This document shows positions 1-10,999 of a stretch of 64,000 bases of DNA, one piece after another. This stretch comes from Anthoceros angustus (Eukaryota > Plantae > Anthocerotophyta). The translations under genes were made by a program, and so were the position numbers. Where the stretch lies: contig VJWM01000281.1 in NCBI GenBank assembly GCA_010909165.1, positions 62,001 to 126,000 of the forward strand, read 5' to 3'. The notes beneath the pieces are model-generated. The model worked only from the letters and a program-made list of their open reading frames with translations. It was not told the DNA's origin and did not search any database. Positions within the stretch are counted from its first letter, which is position 1; each line of letters starts with the position of its first letter.

Positions 1-590
1 GGAGGTCTTTACTATGTAGAAAAGGTTTTTTTTTTTTGGTTGGAAGTTTCATGCCAAAGTGGTTAAAAAGTAACGTTTGGGTCGGACGTTCGATGATAGT
101 TCATACATGCCACATAAGCAATCATGCTTTAGTAGAGAAATTAATCCAAAATAGAATGGGTGTAGTTTCTCTTTGATGTAGACTAAGACTAAGCTTGAAC
201 TATCATTGAACTACTAGTTTGGCATGGACCTCGAATAGTTTCTTTGCACTTTGAATAGGTTTTCAAAGTTTTGGTGTTTCATACTCAAGATGGGGTATTG
301 TTATTCTTCTTCTATTTATCTATCTAGGTACATGGTAGCATCAACAAATCCATCAATTGCAAGAATGTATCCAATCGATGGACAATAAACACCAACAATA
401 TTTTTGCCAACTTCATTGCTAGTTCTAAATAAAGCTCCAAAACCTACATTATTTACATCGTCCTCGAAATTAGCATACAATGAGCCTAATTGTGTGTCTT
501 ATATGTGGGGCGTAGTTGATCTTGGCATGCAAGTCCTTGCACTACATGTCGGTACTAGGTGCTTCTTTGGCTTCTTGATCCCACTCCTCG

Positions 591-723
591 TGAGACAAGT
601 TTTATGAGCCTCCAATGCGCCATGTGATTATTCTATTACTTGGCCAATCACGATGATTACTTTTTGGTCTTTGCCCTTTTCTATTCTTGGAATTTTTGAT
701 GATTTGTTGAGTAGCCTACCAAC
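591..723 (-). repeat. Diverged intra-monomer duplicate of 1716-1845 (ELF1-like terminal exon plus 3' flank)
   Basis: TGAGACA..TATGA..CCAATG.GCCA...GATTATTCT.TTACTTG...CTTTTTGGTCTTTGCCC..TTCTTGG.ATTTT...GATTTGT.GAG aligns colinearly between the two segments. Confidence 0.85.
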
Positions 724-726
724 TAC

Positions 727-1546
727 GGACCGTGATCCAAGGGAGCATAGTCTCGATGAGCTAAGCACCTAATCGGTGCAGACGCAGCGAGATGGTGGAC
801 TCGGCAAGGAGGCGCTTGCGACTAACCATAGTCGTGCTAGCCTAGGTTAACTCACTAGAGCATAGTTAGCAAACCGTAGTCAAGAACCTCGGGTTACACA
901 AATTGGACATGGACACGGACCAAGCGCAGGGCTACAAGTCACACGCGCCAAGATCAAGAAGACTCTCTTCTTCATGCCCCTCGCCTCGCCGTCGAGGCCC
1001 TCGTCATGTGCGCTCATATATGGTATCAAAGCCTATCCATCGATGCAGCTAGCCGATGTTTCTTGAAGATCTCAATGCACCGGAGTGGATCAAAAGAAGG
1101 AGATATGGGAGCTTGCCAACGATCGAGCATTGTTAGGGCTTAGGGGCGGACGAGCAAGCCTTGTCATAGCATTAGGGCTTATCCAGCTTCTAGAAAAGGT
1201 AGTTAATATAAGCGGCATCCTACGAGATGGGCACCCAGCACGAGGAGCGCAAGGCGGGAACGAGAGAGTCTCTTGGATCTTGGGAACGGACTGAAGTAGC
1301 CCGCGCCCTTGTCCGAGCACGTGTTCAAATATTTGACTCACCTTGTTCTTGACTAGAGTATGCCTAACTCTGGTTAGTTGATCCTAGGTTAGTCTCTCAA
1401 GCTAAACTAACCGTACATCCTATAGCTAGCTAGCTAGCCCTCGTGCTTGCAGCTATGTCGGACGCCGCCACGGCCCTCTGGCCAGGGATTAGCTGGCTCA
1501 GTGCTATGTCCATCATAGCCTCGCGATCGACTATGTCCTTCACGGC
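727..1546. repeat. Imperfect inverted repeat (fold-back) within the monomer; arms ~727-970 and ~1262-1546
   Basis: The reverse complement of the left arm shares ordered blocks with the right arm: GAGAGTCT, GATCTTGG, GTAGCCC, GTCCG, GTTCTTGACTA, CTAACT, CCTAGG.TAG, and more weakly GATTAG, GACTATG, TCACGG. Confidence 0.75.
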
Positions 1547-1781
1547 TGGAGCTTGCTCAATCCGCCGTGACAGTTAACAAAAGCTCATACACTCTTAAGT
1601 GCACAAGCACGAAGCAATTGTAACTATGGTTGATATAAACATAATTTCTAAGAAGGCACAAGTTGGTCTTGAAGATGGTGCTGTGTCGTATTCGGCACCA
1701 TTCTTGCGTGCCTTTTGAGACATGTTGTATGATTCCCCAATGTGCCAAGAGATTATTCTTTTACTTGTTCAAACATGAAGA

Positions 1782-2201
1782 TCACTTTTTGGTCTTTGCC
1801 CTCTTCCTCTTCTTGGCATTTTTGATTTGTGGAGCAACCCACTAATGTTTCATTATAACTTATTTCAAAAACTTTAATCAAATCCAACATATACATATGT
1901 CCAAACAGTTCAAATCAGCGTGTGAGGAAAATGCAAATGCTAGCCTAGTCTAGAAAAATAATGAGTTTTGCTTTCTCACCGTCTTCTTGGACCGTCAACC
2001 CGGTAGTAGACATCGATTGGCACGCTTAGGCTATGAATATCTCTCAAAATATTTTTCACAGGCGTCGAGGCTGACCTGTCTTCTTGTTCAAGGTACAATA
2101 CACTATTTCAAGATCGCAAAGTGGACATTTGAAAGGTCCTTGAGATAGCTTTGGCACGACTTTTGTGATTTTGGTTTTGCCCAGCTCTTACGCTTGCCCA
2201 T
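1782..2201 (-). CDS. ELF1: ELF1/ELOF1-like transcription elongation factor, copy 1. Exon 1 is ~1980-2201 and exon 2 is ~1782-1822; indels are present in this copy.
   Basis: Minus strand reads MGKRKSWAKP...KLSQGPFKCPLCD..VYCTLNKK...ACEKYF..IHSLSVPIDVYY..VQED. This matches Elf1 family hallmarks: MGKRK start, CxxC...CxxC Zn ribbon, CTLDKK-like and SLSxPxDVYxxWxDA motifs. The donor is GAC G|GTGAGA. Confidence 0.85.
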
Positions 2202-2306
2202 GTTTCTCAATGTCTTGTTACGTGAGTTAGGCTCTTTATTTTCTTGGGATCTAAAAAGCGAAAGGAGGCAGTTACTAGGATTCAATCATTTGTTCACACG
2301 ATGGAA

Positions 2307-2383
2307 CATATATAGTCTTTCTTTCGGTGAAATTTCTCGGTATTTATTCAAAGATATTTACAAGCCAGCTCACAAAAACCCTA
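2307..2383 (-). promoter_or_regulatory. Putative ELF1-like promoter with TATA box (CTATATAT on the minus strand, 2308-2315) and telo-box AAACCCTA (2376-2383); repeated in each monomer
   Basis: The motifs lie ~105 and ~175 bp upstream of the ATG. Telo-boxes are known in promoters of plant gene-expression-machinery genes. Confidence 0.5.
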
Positions 2384-3513
2384 TTGTGGCTATCATGATG
2401 TGCAAGCTTGATCACATGTTGCTCACCCTAATAAACCCCACGGTCCTAGTTCATGTAGTTCAAATCCGCCACTTGGCCAACTACTAGTTGAACTGCAATT
2501 CAACGCATTGCCTGCGAGGAGGTCTTTACTATGTAGAAAAGGTTTTTTTTTTTTTGGTTGGAAGTTTCATGCCAAAGTGGTTAAAAAGTAACGTTTGGGT
2601 CGGACCGTTCGATGATAGTTCATACATGCCACATAAGCAATCATGCTTTAGTAGAGAAATTAATCCAAAATAGAATGGGTGTAGTTTCTCTTTGATGTAG
2701 ACTAAGACTAAGCTTGAACTATCATTGAACTACTAGTTTGGCATGGACCTCGTCTAATCCAAGCTCTTTGCACTTTTGAATAGGTTTTCAAAGTTTTGGT
2801 GTTTCATACTCAAGATGGGGTATTGTTATTCTTCTTCTATTTATCTATCTAGGTACATGATGGCATCAACAAATCCATCAATTGCAAGAATGTATCCAAG
2901 CGATGGACAATAAACACCAACAATATTTTTGCCAACTTCATTGCTAGTTCTAAATAAAGCTCCAAAACCTACATTATTTACATCGTCCTCGAAATTAGCA
3001 TACAATGAGCCTAATTGTGTGTCTTCAGATACGTATGTAGTTTGATCTTGGCATGCAAGTCCTTGCACTACATGTCGGTACTAGGTGCTTCTTTGGCTTC
3101 TTGATCCCACTCCTCGTGAGACAAGTTTTATGAGCCTCCAATGCGCCATGTGATTATTCTATTACTTGGCCAATCACGATGATTACTTTTGGTCTTTGCC
3201 CCTTTTCTATTCTTGGAATTTTTGGTGATTTGTTGAGTAGCCTACCAACTACGGACCGTGATCCAAGGGCGAGCATAGTCTCGATGAGCTAAGCACCTAA
3301 TCGGTGCAGACGAGCGGCCGCGAGATGGTGGATCGCGGGAGGCGGCTTGCGACTAACCATAGTCGTGCTAGCCTAGGTTAACTCACTAGAGCATAGTTAG
3401 CAAACCGTAGTCAAGAACCTCGGGTTACACAAATTGGACATGGACACGGACCAAGCCCAGGGCTACAAGTCACACGCCAAGATCAAGAAGACTCTCTTCT
3501 TCATGCCCCTCGC

Positions 3514-3985
3514 TGATCGACGAATTCTCTCGTGCAAGTTGATGTCTTTCTTCGTGGTTTTAACCGTATTTTAACAAGAAAGTGCATCTCGGACCAAGCC
3601 GGCTTGGTTAGATGTTAGGTGGTGAAGCGATCGAGAGGACCTTTGTTCGATGTTTTTGGTTGTTTTGTTCATTGTATCTTTGATCGGTATGTTTTTGGTT
3701 GTTTTGATGTCGTATAAGCTCGCTTTTATTTGCGTATCAAGAACTTTCAAAAATTATAAAGTGGACATGAAGAATTACCGAGTGAGCATTTGCAAGGTCA
3801 AGATTTCGAGCGGATGTTATCGAAACTTTTAGTATTGAACACTCTCCCAAGTGGTCCAACGACAAAAATCTGTCAATTCATTTTTGTTCAATTCAACAAT
3901 TGATAACCCAAGATCAAATGTAAGTTTTGTTGTTATTGGGCTTAAGTTTTGTTGTTATTGGGCTTAAGTTTTGTGGTTTGTATTT
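3514..3985. other. Non-monomer block B, shorter copy (duplicate of ~4956-5440)
   Basis: Colinear with 4956-5440, including the short tandem TAAGTTTTGTTGTTATTGGGCT. Confidence 0.8.
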
Positions 3986-4955
3986 ACTATGTAGAAAAGG
4001 TTTTTTTTTTTGGTTGGAAGTTTCATGTTGGTTAAAAAGTAACGTTTGGACCGTTCGATGATAGTTCATACATGCCACATAAGCAATCATGCTTTAGTAG
4101 AGAAATTAATCCAAAATAGAATGGGTGTAGTTTCTCTTTGATGTAGACTAAGACTAAGCTTGAACTATCATTGAACTACTAGTTTGGCATGGACCTCGTC
4201 TAGTTGTCTCTTTGCACTGAATAGGTTTTCAAAGTTTTGGTGTTTCATACTCAAGATGGGGTATTGTTATTCTTCTTCTATTTATCTATCTAGGTACATG
4301 ACCATCAACAAATCCATCAATTGCAAGAATGTATCCAAGCGATGGACATAAACACCAACAATATTTTTGCCAACTTCATTGCTAGTTCTAAATAAAGCTC
4401 CAAAACCTACATTATTTACATCGTCCTCGAAATTAGCATACAATGAGCCTAATTGTGTCTTCGTATATGGGGCGTAGTTTGATCTTGGCATGCAAGTCCT
4501 TGCACTACATGTCGGTACTAGGTGCTTTTGGCTTCTTGATCCCACTCCTCGTGAGACAAGTTTTATGAGCCTCCAATGCGCCATTTGATTATTCTATTAC
4601 TTGGCCAATCACGATGATTACTTTTGGTCTTTGCCCCTTTTCTATTCTTGGAATTTTGTGATTTGTTGAGTAGCCTACCAACTACGGACCGTGATCCAAG
4701 GGCGAGCATAGTCTCGATGAGCTAAGCACCTATCGGTGCCGAGCAGCCGCACGAGATGGTGGCTGCGAAGGAGGGCTTGCGACTAACCATAGTCGTGCTA
4801 GCCTAGGTTAACTCACTAGAGCATAGTTAGCAAACCGTAGTCAAGAACCTCGGGTTACACAAATTGGACATGGACACGGACCAAGCCGCAGGGCTACAAG
4901 TCACACGCGCCAAGATCAAGAAGACTCTCTTCTTCATGCCCCTCGCCTCGCTCGC

Positions 4956-5735
4956 CGGTCGATCGATTGATTCTCTCTTGTGTGTTGATGTCTTTCTTCG
5001 TGGTTTTAACCGTATTTTAACAAGAAAGTGCATCTCGGACCAAGCCGCTGGTTCGATGTTGAGTGTGTTCGGCGATTCGGAGGACCTTTGTTCGATGTTT
5101 TTGGTTGTTTTGTTCATTGTATCTTTGACGTCTTGGTATGTTTTGTTTTGATGTCTTGTATTAAGCTCGCTTTTATTTGCGTGTATCAAGAACGGCTTTA
5201 AAATTATAAAGTGGACATGAAGAATTACGAGTGAGCATTTCCAAAAGGTCAAGATTTACGAGATGTTATCGAAACTTTTAGAGTCGTTATTGAACACTCT
5301 CCCAAGTGGTGAAACGACAAAAATCACAATTCGGGGTTTTGTTCAATTCAACAATTGATAACCCAAGATCAAATGTAAGTTTTGTTGTTATTGGGCTTAA
5401 GTTTTGTTGTTATTGGGCTTAAGTTTTGTGGTTTGTATTTACTAACTGTTTGTTTTTGGCTAGGCTTGGTATGCAAAACTCCGTGTTTCAAAAGGAATGT
5501 TGTCAAGGTTCATGAAGACCATCATAGCATGGGCTAATTGGCTATACACCAATAAGGCTGAGTCTCAATGATTACGTGTATGCCTGTCGTCGGGAGAAGA
5601 TGTTGATAACAGATCTGGATTCTCAAGGTAATATGTTTTGAAAGCTTGTGACATTTGGTCCTTTGTATGTTCCTTCGATGTTCTTATATGGTTTTGCGGA
5701 TATGGCCTCAGTCAAGCAAAACAGCGATTGAAGTC
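4956..5735 (+). other. Non-monomer block B with probable exon/intron pieces of a plus-strand gene
   Basis: T-rich intron-like stretches bounded by GTAAGT (~5375), ...CTAG (~5463) and AAG|GTAATA (~5628). No recognisable protein. Confidence 0.4.
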
Positions 5736-6159
5736 CTTGTTCTTGACTAGAGTATGCCTAACTCGTTAGTTGATCCTAGGTTAGTCTCTCAAGCTAAACT
5801 AACAGACATCCTATAGCTAGCTAGCTAGCCCTCGTGCTTGCAGCTATGTCGGACGCCACGGCCTCCGGCGGGGATTAGGTGGCTCGGTGCTATGTCCATC
5901 ATAGCCTCGCGATCGACTATGTCCTTCACCCAGTGGAGCTCAATCCGCGTGATTAACAAAAGCTCATACACTCTTAAGTGCACAAGCACGAAGCAATTGT
6001 AACTATGGTTGATATAAACATAATTTCTAAGAAGGCACAAGTTGGTCTTGAAGATGGTGCGTGTCGTATTCTGCACCATTCTTGCGTGCCTTTTGAGACA
6101 TGTTGTATGATTCCCCAATGTGCCAAGAGATTATTCTTTTACTTGTTCAAACATGAAGA

Positions 6160-6568
6160 TCACTTTTGGTCTTTGCCCTCTTCCTCTTCTTGGCATTTTC
6201 GGCTGATTTGTGGAGCAACCCACTAATGTTTCATTATAACTTATTCAAAAACTTTAATCAAATCCAAAACATATACATATGTCCAGTTCACAAATCAGCG
6301 TGTGAGGAAAATGCAAATGCTAGCCTAGTCTAGAAAAATAATGAGTTTTGCTTTCTCACCGTCTTCTTGGACCGTCAACCCGTAGTAGACATCGATTGGC
6401 ATGCTTTATATCTCTCTCAAAATATTTTTCACAGGCGTCGAGGCTGACCTGTCTTCTTGTTCAAGGTACAATACACTATTTCAAGATCGCAGTGGACATT
6501 TGAAAGGTCCTTGAGATAGCTTTGGCACGACTTTTGTGATTTTGGTTTTGCCCAGCTCTTACGCCCAT
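6160..6568 (-). pseudogene. ELF1: ELF1-like copy 2 (more degraded or error-rich)
   Basis: Same monomer segment, with deletions in the MGKR and IHSLSV regions. Confidence 0.7.
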
Positions 6569-6596
6569 GTTTCTCAATGTCTTGTTCGTGAGTTAG

Positions 6597-7630
6597 GTCT
6601 CGTAGCAACTCGTTGTTCATCATGAAAGCGACCTTTGACAATAGCGAATTTTCAGGTCCACGTGTCCCGAGTTCAGTTGGTTTCATGGTTCATCGCCATG
6701 TTGGATCTGAATCATCGGTCTCTTGGAAGGCTGGGAGATGCTTTGTTCACATACCTCGGAGGCCAAAAATTGAGGATGGATCACAAGGACAACAAGCTGG
6801 GTGTTCTAGTGAAATTCCATATGTTGACAAGGTTGACTTTTGTCTGTGTTTGTTTTCACTTCTTTGGAGTTTCGATTATGTTTATCTTGGCGGTTGTGAA
6901 TCCTGCGACTAGTGGAAAAGACCTTTCTCATTTCAACATTGATCACAGGGGAAGTGGATGCAGGTCCTGTTGGAGGGCATTGTGCATAGTGATGTGATCC
7001 ATCCTCCGACAAATGTGGGCTGGTAGCACCTCCGATATTGTATTGCGGCCTGTCATAAAATGGAAGGCTTTTGACAGAGATTCGTTAATGGAGTATGATG
7101 AAAGCTGAGTTTCTGCAAAAGGTTGGGCTCTTATAGAGAGAGGCGTGAGTTGAATTACGAGTCTCTAAGCAAGAAAGCCCTTGAGATCGCGAAATGTAGA
7201 GAGGAGACAAGAGCACATTAAGCATCAGAGATAGAGCAGAGGTTGATCGTGGAAAAAGAACACAAGAATGTGTCCAGATATTTGCCTTCTATCAAAATCC
7301 TCAGATTGGTAAATTTCGCTCTTTATTAATCGGACATTGAAAATCAATGGTTGTATTTTATTAGGTTGTCACCTTGCGGGGAAGCGGACAATTTTCGTCC
7401 AAGTCCTCCATCAATTGGTTGCCAAGAATGATGTAACGCCAATCAAGCCAAGTGGTCGTGAAAATTACGTTTTCATATGTATAATTGTACATTAATTTCT
7501 AAATAAGGTGAGTATCATTTCCTAAGTATTTGCTATGATTATTTCAGTGTCAAAATAGCCTAATCACGGTTTGTGTCTTTGTTTTGTAGGACTTGTTTTG
7601 ACTAATGTGTCTTGACTTGTTTTTGTGTGT
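6597..7630 (+). pseudogene. Degraded first copy of block C (duplicate of 7631-8780)
   Basis: Both copies start GTCTCGTAGCAACTCGTTGTTCATCATGAAAG and share GTGTTCTAGTGAAA, CTCATTTCAACATTGAT and AAATAAGGTGAGTATCATTTCC. This copy has many deletions. Confidence 0.8.
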
Positions 7631-8850
7631 TAGGTCTCGTAGCAACTCGTTGTTCATCATGAAAGGCCTTTTGAACAATGTCAAGACCGAATCGAGTTTT
7701 CGCATTTGGTCCACCGTGTCCTCAAGTTCGTTGGTATTGTCGTTCCTTGCTGCACCGCCATGTTGGATCCTTTTAATCATACCGGTCTCGTTAGTGTGGA
7801 GATCGTGGTTGCAAACATACCTCAAAGCAAAGTACAAGGCATTCGATGGATAAAAGCAGACCAACAATCGGGTGTTCTAGTGAAAATTCCATATGTTGAC
7901 AAGGTTGATTCTTTGTCTGCTTGTTTTGTTTTCACTTCTTTGGAGTTTCGATTATGTTTATCTTGGCGGTTGTGAATCGACTAGTGGAAGCATCCCTCAT
8001 TTCAACATTGATACAGAGGGAAGTGGATGCGTGGTCCCTCCGTTGGAGGGCATTGTGCATAGTGAGTGTGATCACCATCCGGGTTAACCAGATGTAAATG
8101 TGGCCGTGGTAGCACCTCGATATTGTATTGCACCGTGATCGCAAATGGAAGTGGCTTTGAGCGGCTTGCCGAGATTGCGCGAGTACGGAATTGGAGTATG
8201 ATAGATGTAAAGAATTGGAGTTTCAAAAGGCAAAAGGATTTGGAGGCTCTTATAGAGAGACAGAGGCGAAAGCGCTTGAATTACGAGTCTCTAAGCAAAG
8301 AGAGAAAGCCCTTGAGATCCAGAGGCGAGAAATGTGGAGAGGAGACAAGAGCACATTAAGCATCAAGAGAAATCAAGCAGCAGATGAGCAAAGAGGTTCA
8401 AGACCGCAGGGAAAAGAGAACAGAGCGTAAGAAGAATGTGTCTCGAGATATTTGCATCGCTATCTCGAAAATCCCGATTGGTAAGTTTTCTTATGCTCTT
8501 TATTAATCGAAGACATTGAAAATCAATGGTTGTATTTTATTAGGTTGTCACCTTGCGAAGACAATTTCGCCCAAGTCCTCTCATCAATTGGTTGCCAAGA
8601 ATGATGCCGTACAACCGCCAATCAAGCCAAGTGGTCGTGAAAATTACGTTTTCAATATGTATAATTGTACATTAATTTCCTAAATAAGGTGAGTATCATT
8701 TCCTAAGTATTTGCTATGATTATTTCAGTGTTTTCTAGTATCACCTAATCACGGTTTGTGTGTCGCTTGCTTTGTTTTGTAGGTTCCATTGTTGTTGAAG
8801 TAGAGTTCAATCCTGAGTTCAATCTATCGGTATTTACTCTTCATTAGTTG
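7631..8850 (+). pseudogene. Intron-containing gene fragment, weakly XS-domain-like (SGS3/IDN2-type) followed by a charged coiled coil
   Basis: Peptides IVVANIPQSKVQGIRWIKADQQ, IPHFNID(HRG)SGCVV and LYCTVIAN, then an E/K/R-rich helix. Introns GTAAGT(8481)..TTAG(8543) and GTGAGT(8689)..GTAG(8782). The family call is by eye only. Confidence 0.35.
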
Positions 8851-8899
8851 AATTGTATTTTCTAGTCACCAAGATCGCACTTGCGAGTGCAACAGTTAA

Positions 8900-10050
8900 C
8901 AATGTTTTTGTCGATTAGCGATTTTGGTGGGATTTCTAGAATGAGCTTCTAGACCCGTGTATTCACTTGGTCGTCATGTTTTCTCTAGTGCTCTATTTTC
9001 TACCTTGATGGTAGATGATTTTACCCACTTGTATGGTTCGGTTGTTTTGTACCTTGATGGTAGATGATTTTCTACTATACTAATGAATTTTACTCTGGGT
9101 AAAATAATGACTAAAATGTCAATTCTCTCTCTCTAAAAATTACACTCGGAGGCGGAGGCCCAGGCAGCACTTCGTCGAGACCTCACAGACAGAAATGGAT
9201 GTTGGGGTCAAGAACAAAATGCACCTTGGAGAACCTATCTCGGTGACACATCGTTTTCCGACGATGCATTGCAATGTGCAATGAAGTCCATGGAAATTGA
9301 CTAATCGCTAGGAATTTGTAGGGGTAATGCGGGAAGTTTCGATGACTAGGCTTGGCTTCTGGCGGATCGGCGTGAGCGCACTCCACTCTATACAATCAGC
9401 GTATACCTTCCCAATGGAAGTACTCCTTGACTTTGGCATAAGTCTTGTCAATGCCGGATGACTGAAAGGAATCGTGCATATCATGCTGAGAATGGACTAT
9501 TTTATCTAAGAAAGTGAAGGATGAGCAATCTTCCTCGAAACACAAGCATCCTTGAGAGAATCTCGATAATCTGGAATTAGTCTGCATCACCAATAATCCT
9601 GTAGAGTTGCAATTGGTCATGAGGAATCCATCTCGCAGCCCCGTATTGTTGGGCCCCGGCATGAGTGCGCAGCCATCAAGCGCGACCACATTGGTTGAGC
9701 TCCGGTTCATGATGGTGCTAGGATTTTACAAATCGTTGAGCATTGAGTTGGTGAGAAGAAATGTCTGGAATGGTGATCCGTGACACACCATAGACCTAAA
9801 GGTAGTGCCACCATACCTTCAAAGCATGTTAGCTTTCCTTGTCATGCCGTAATTCGGTTGTGCTCCTTGCAACTTCATTTGGTATCTCTTCCTTCGAGAT
9901 GAAAGCTCCTATAGCAAAATCGATGCATCTGTGGATATATGGCATAAAGTTATCAGACCTCGAGCCAAGAGCCTTTTGGTCAAAAGTGATGGCTCTGTCG
10001 AAGACTTGTTTTGAATGCCTAAGGGAGCATCTGTGATACTCAAGCCCACC
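8900..10050 (-). mobile_element. Degraded duplicate of 10110-11430 (flank plus gypsy RNase H/integrase piece)
   Basis: Shares GATTTTGGTGGGATTTCTAGAATGAGC...CTCTCTCTAAAAATT and encodes GIDKTYAKVKEYFHWEG and TNVVA. Confidence 0.85.
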
Positions 10051-10414
10051 AATAAAACGTTTCTTTGTTGGTTTTGTATATCACGGATCCATGAATATTA
10101 TTTAACGAGAAAATGTTTTTGTCAGTTAAGCGATTTTGGTGGGATTTCTAGAATGAGCTTCTAGACCCGGTGGTATTCACTTGGTCGTCATGTTTTCTAC
10201 TCTAGTGCTCTATTTTCTACCTTGATGGTAGATGATTTTACCCACTTGTATGGTTCGGTTGTTTTGTACCTTGATGGTAGATGATTTTCTACTATCTTGT
10301 AATGAATTTTACTCTGGGTAAAATAATGACTAAAATGTCAATTCTCTCTCTCTAAAAATTTACTACCGAAAAACCAGGTAGCGTCGAGGCCCAGGGCAGC
10401 GACTTTACGTAACA

Positions 10415-10830
10415 CAAGACCTCACGAACAAATATCCCGGCAAGCTTGGATGCTGTGATGGTTGAGGTCACAGGAACAAAATGGCAGACCTTGGAGAACC
10501 TATCGGTGACCACCCGGATCATCTTTTCGAGCAGGCGTGGCAAATGTGTAATGAAGTCCATGGAAATTGACCTGAATCGGCCGCTAGGAATTTGTAGGGG
10601 TAACAATGCACAGGCTTTCGATGACTAGGCTTGGCTTGTCGGGCAGATCGGTGGAGCGCACCACTCTATACAATGCTATACCTTCCCAATGGAAGTACTC
10701 CTTAACTTTGGCATAAGTCTTGTCAATGCCCAGATGACCTGAAATAGGGGAATCGTGCATATCATGCAGAATGGACTGTTTTATCTCAGTGAGCTGTGAA
10801 GGGATGAGCAATCTTCCCTTTCTGTAAACA
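10415..10830 (-). pseudogene. pol: Integrase N-terminal part (His-containing Zn-binding region and first catalytic Asp), truncated
   Basis: HDMHDSPISGHLGIDKTY, LPLQIPSGRFRSISMDFITHLP and VTDRFSKVCHFVP; similarity stops after IFVREV. Confidence 0.9.
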
Positions 10831-10999
10831 CAAGCATCCTTGAGAGAATACTGTTGGGTAAGTGCTGTGGGAATTCCCGTCTGTGCATCTGCCAATAACT
10901 GCTTGTAGAGTTGCAACAGGTCTGGGTCATGAGGAATCCCATCTCGCACTAACTGTATTGTTTGGGACCTGGTTTTCATGAGTGCGGTGAACACGCCGA

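Larger units (their letters stand above)
1..6596. repeat. Left part of ~2.5 kb tandem array: one full monomer (1-2517) plus partial monomers interleaved with non-monomer block B
   Basis: The sequence at 1 recurs almost identically at 2518 and ~3984, and monomer sequence resumes at ~5735-6596. Confidence 0.92.

Noticed and set aside
25-37. Poly(A) tail of a retroposed copy (T-run after AAAAGG)
   Set aside because: The ELF1-like gene appears to retain an intron and promoter. The run is ~1.7 kb from the stop codon, and its length variation fits homopolymer error.
1130-1180. Telomeric repeat array
   Set aside because: Only 2-3 TTAGGG(C) motifs, not a TTTAGGG or TTAGGG tract.
903-1353. Plus-strand MDTDQAAGLQVTRAKIKK... 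ORF recurring in each monomer
   Set aside because: The frame differs between copies, it has no recognisable domain, and it overlaps the inverted-repeat arms. Recurrence only reflects the repeat.
1420-1500. Helitron 3' end (GC hairpin plus CTAG) as an explanation for tandem amplification
   Set aside because: CTAG occurs as part of a (GCTA)n microsatellite, and I could not identify a convincing short terminal hairpin or a 5' TC boundary. Not excluded, but unsupported.
1-2517. Monomer as rDNA/5S, tRNA, snRNA or histone repeat
   Set aside because: No conserved rRNA, tRNA, snRNA or histone motifs were seen.
1-2517. Monomer as the LTR of the adjacent gypsy element
   Set aside because: No TG...CA boundaries, PBS or PPT at the junctions. 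The gag joins mid-monomer and the integrase end abuts non-monomer DNA.
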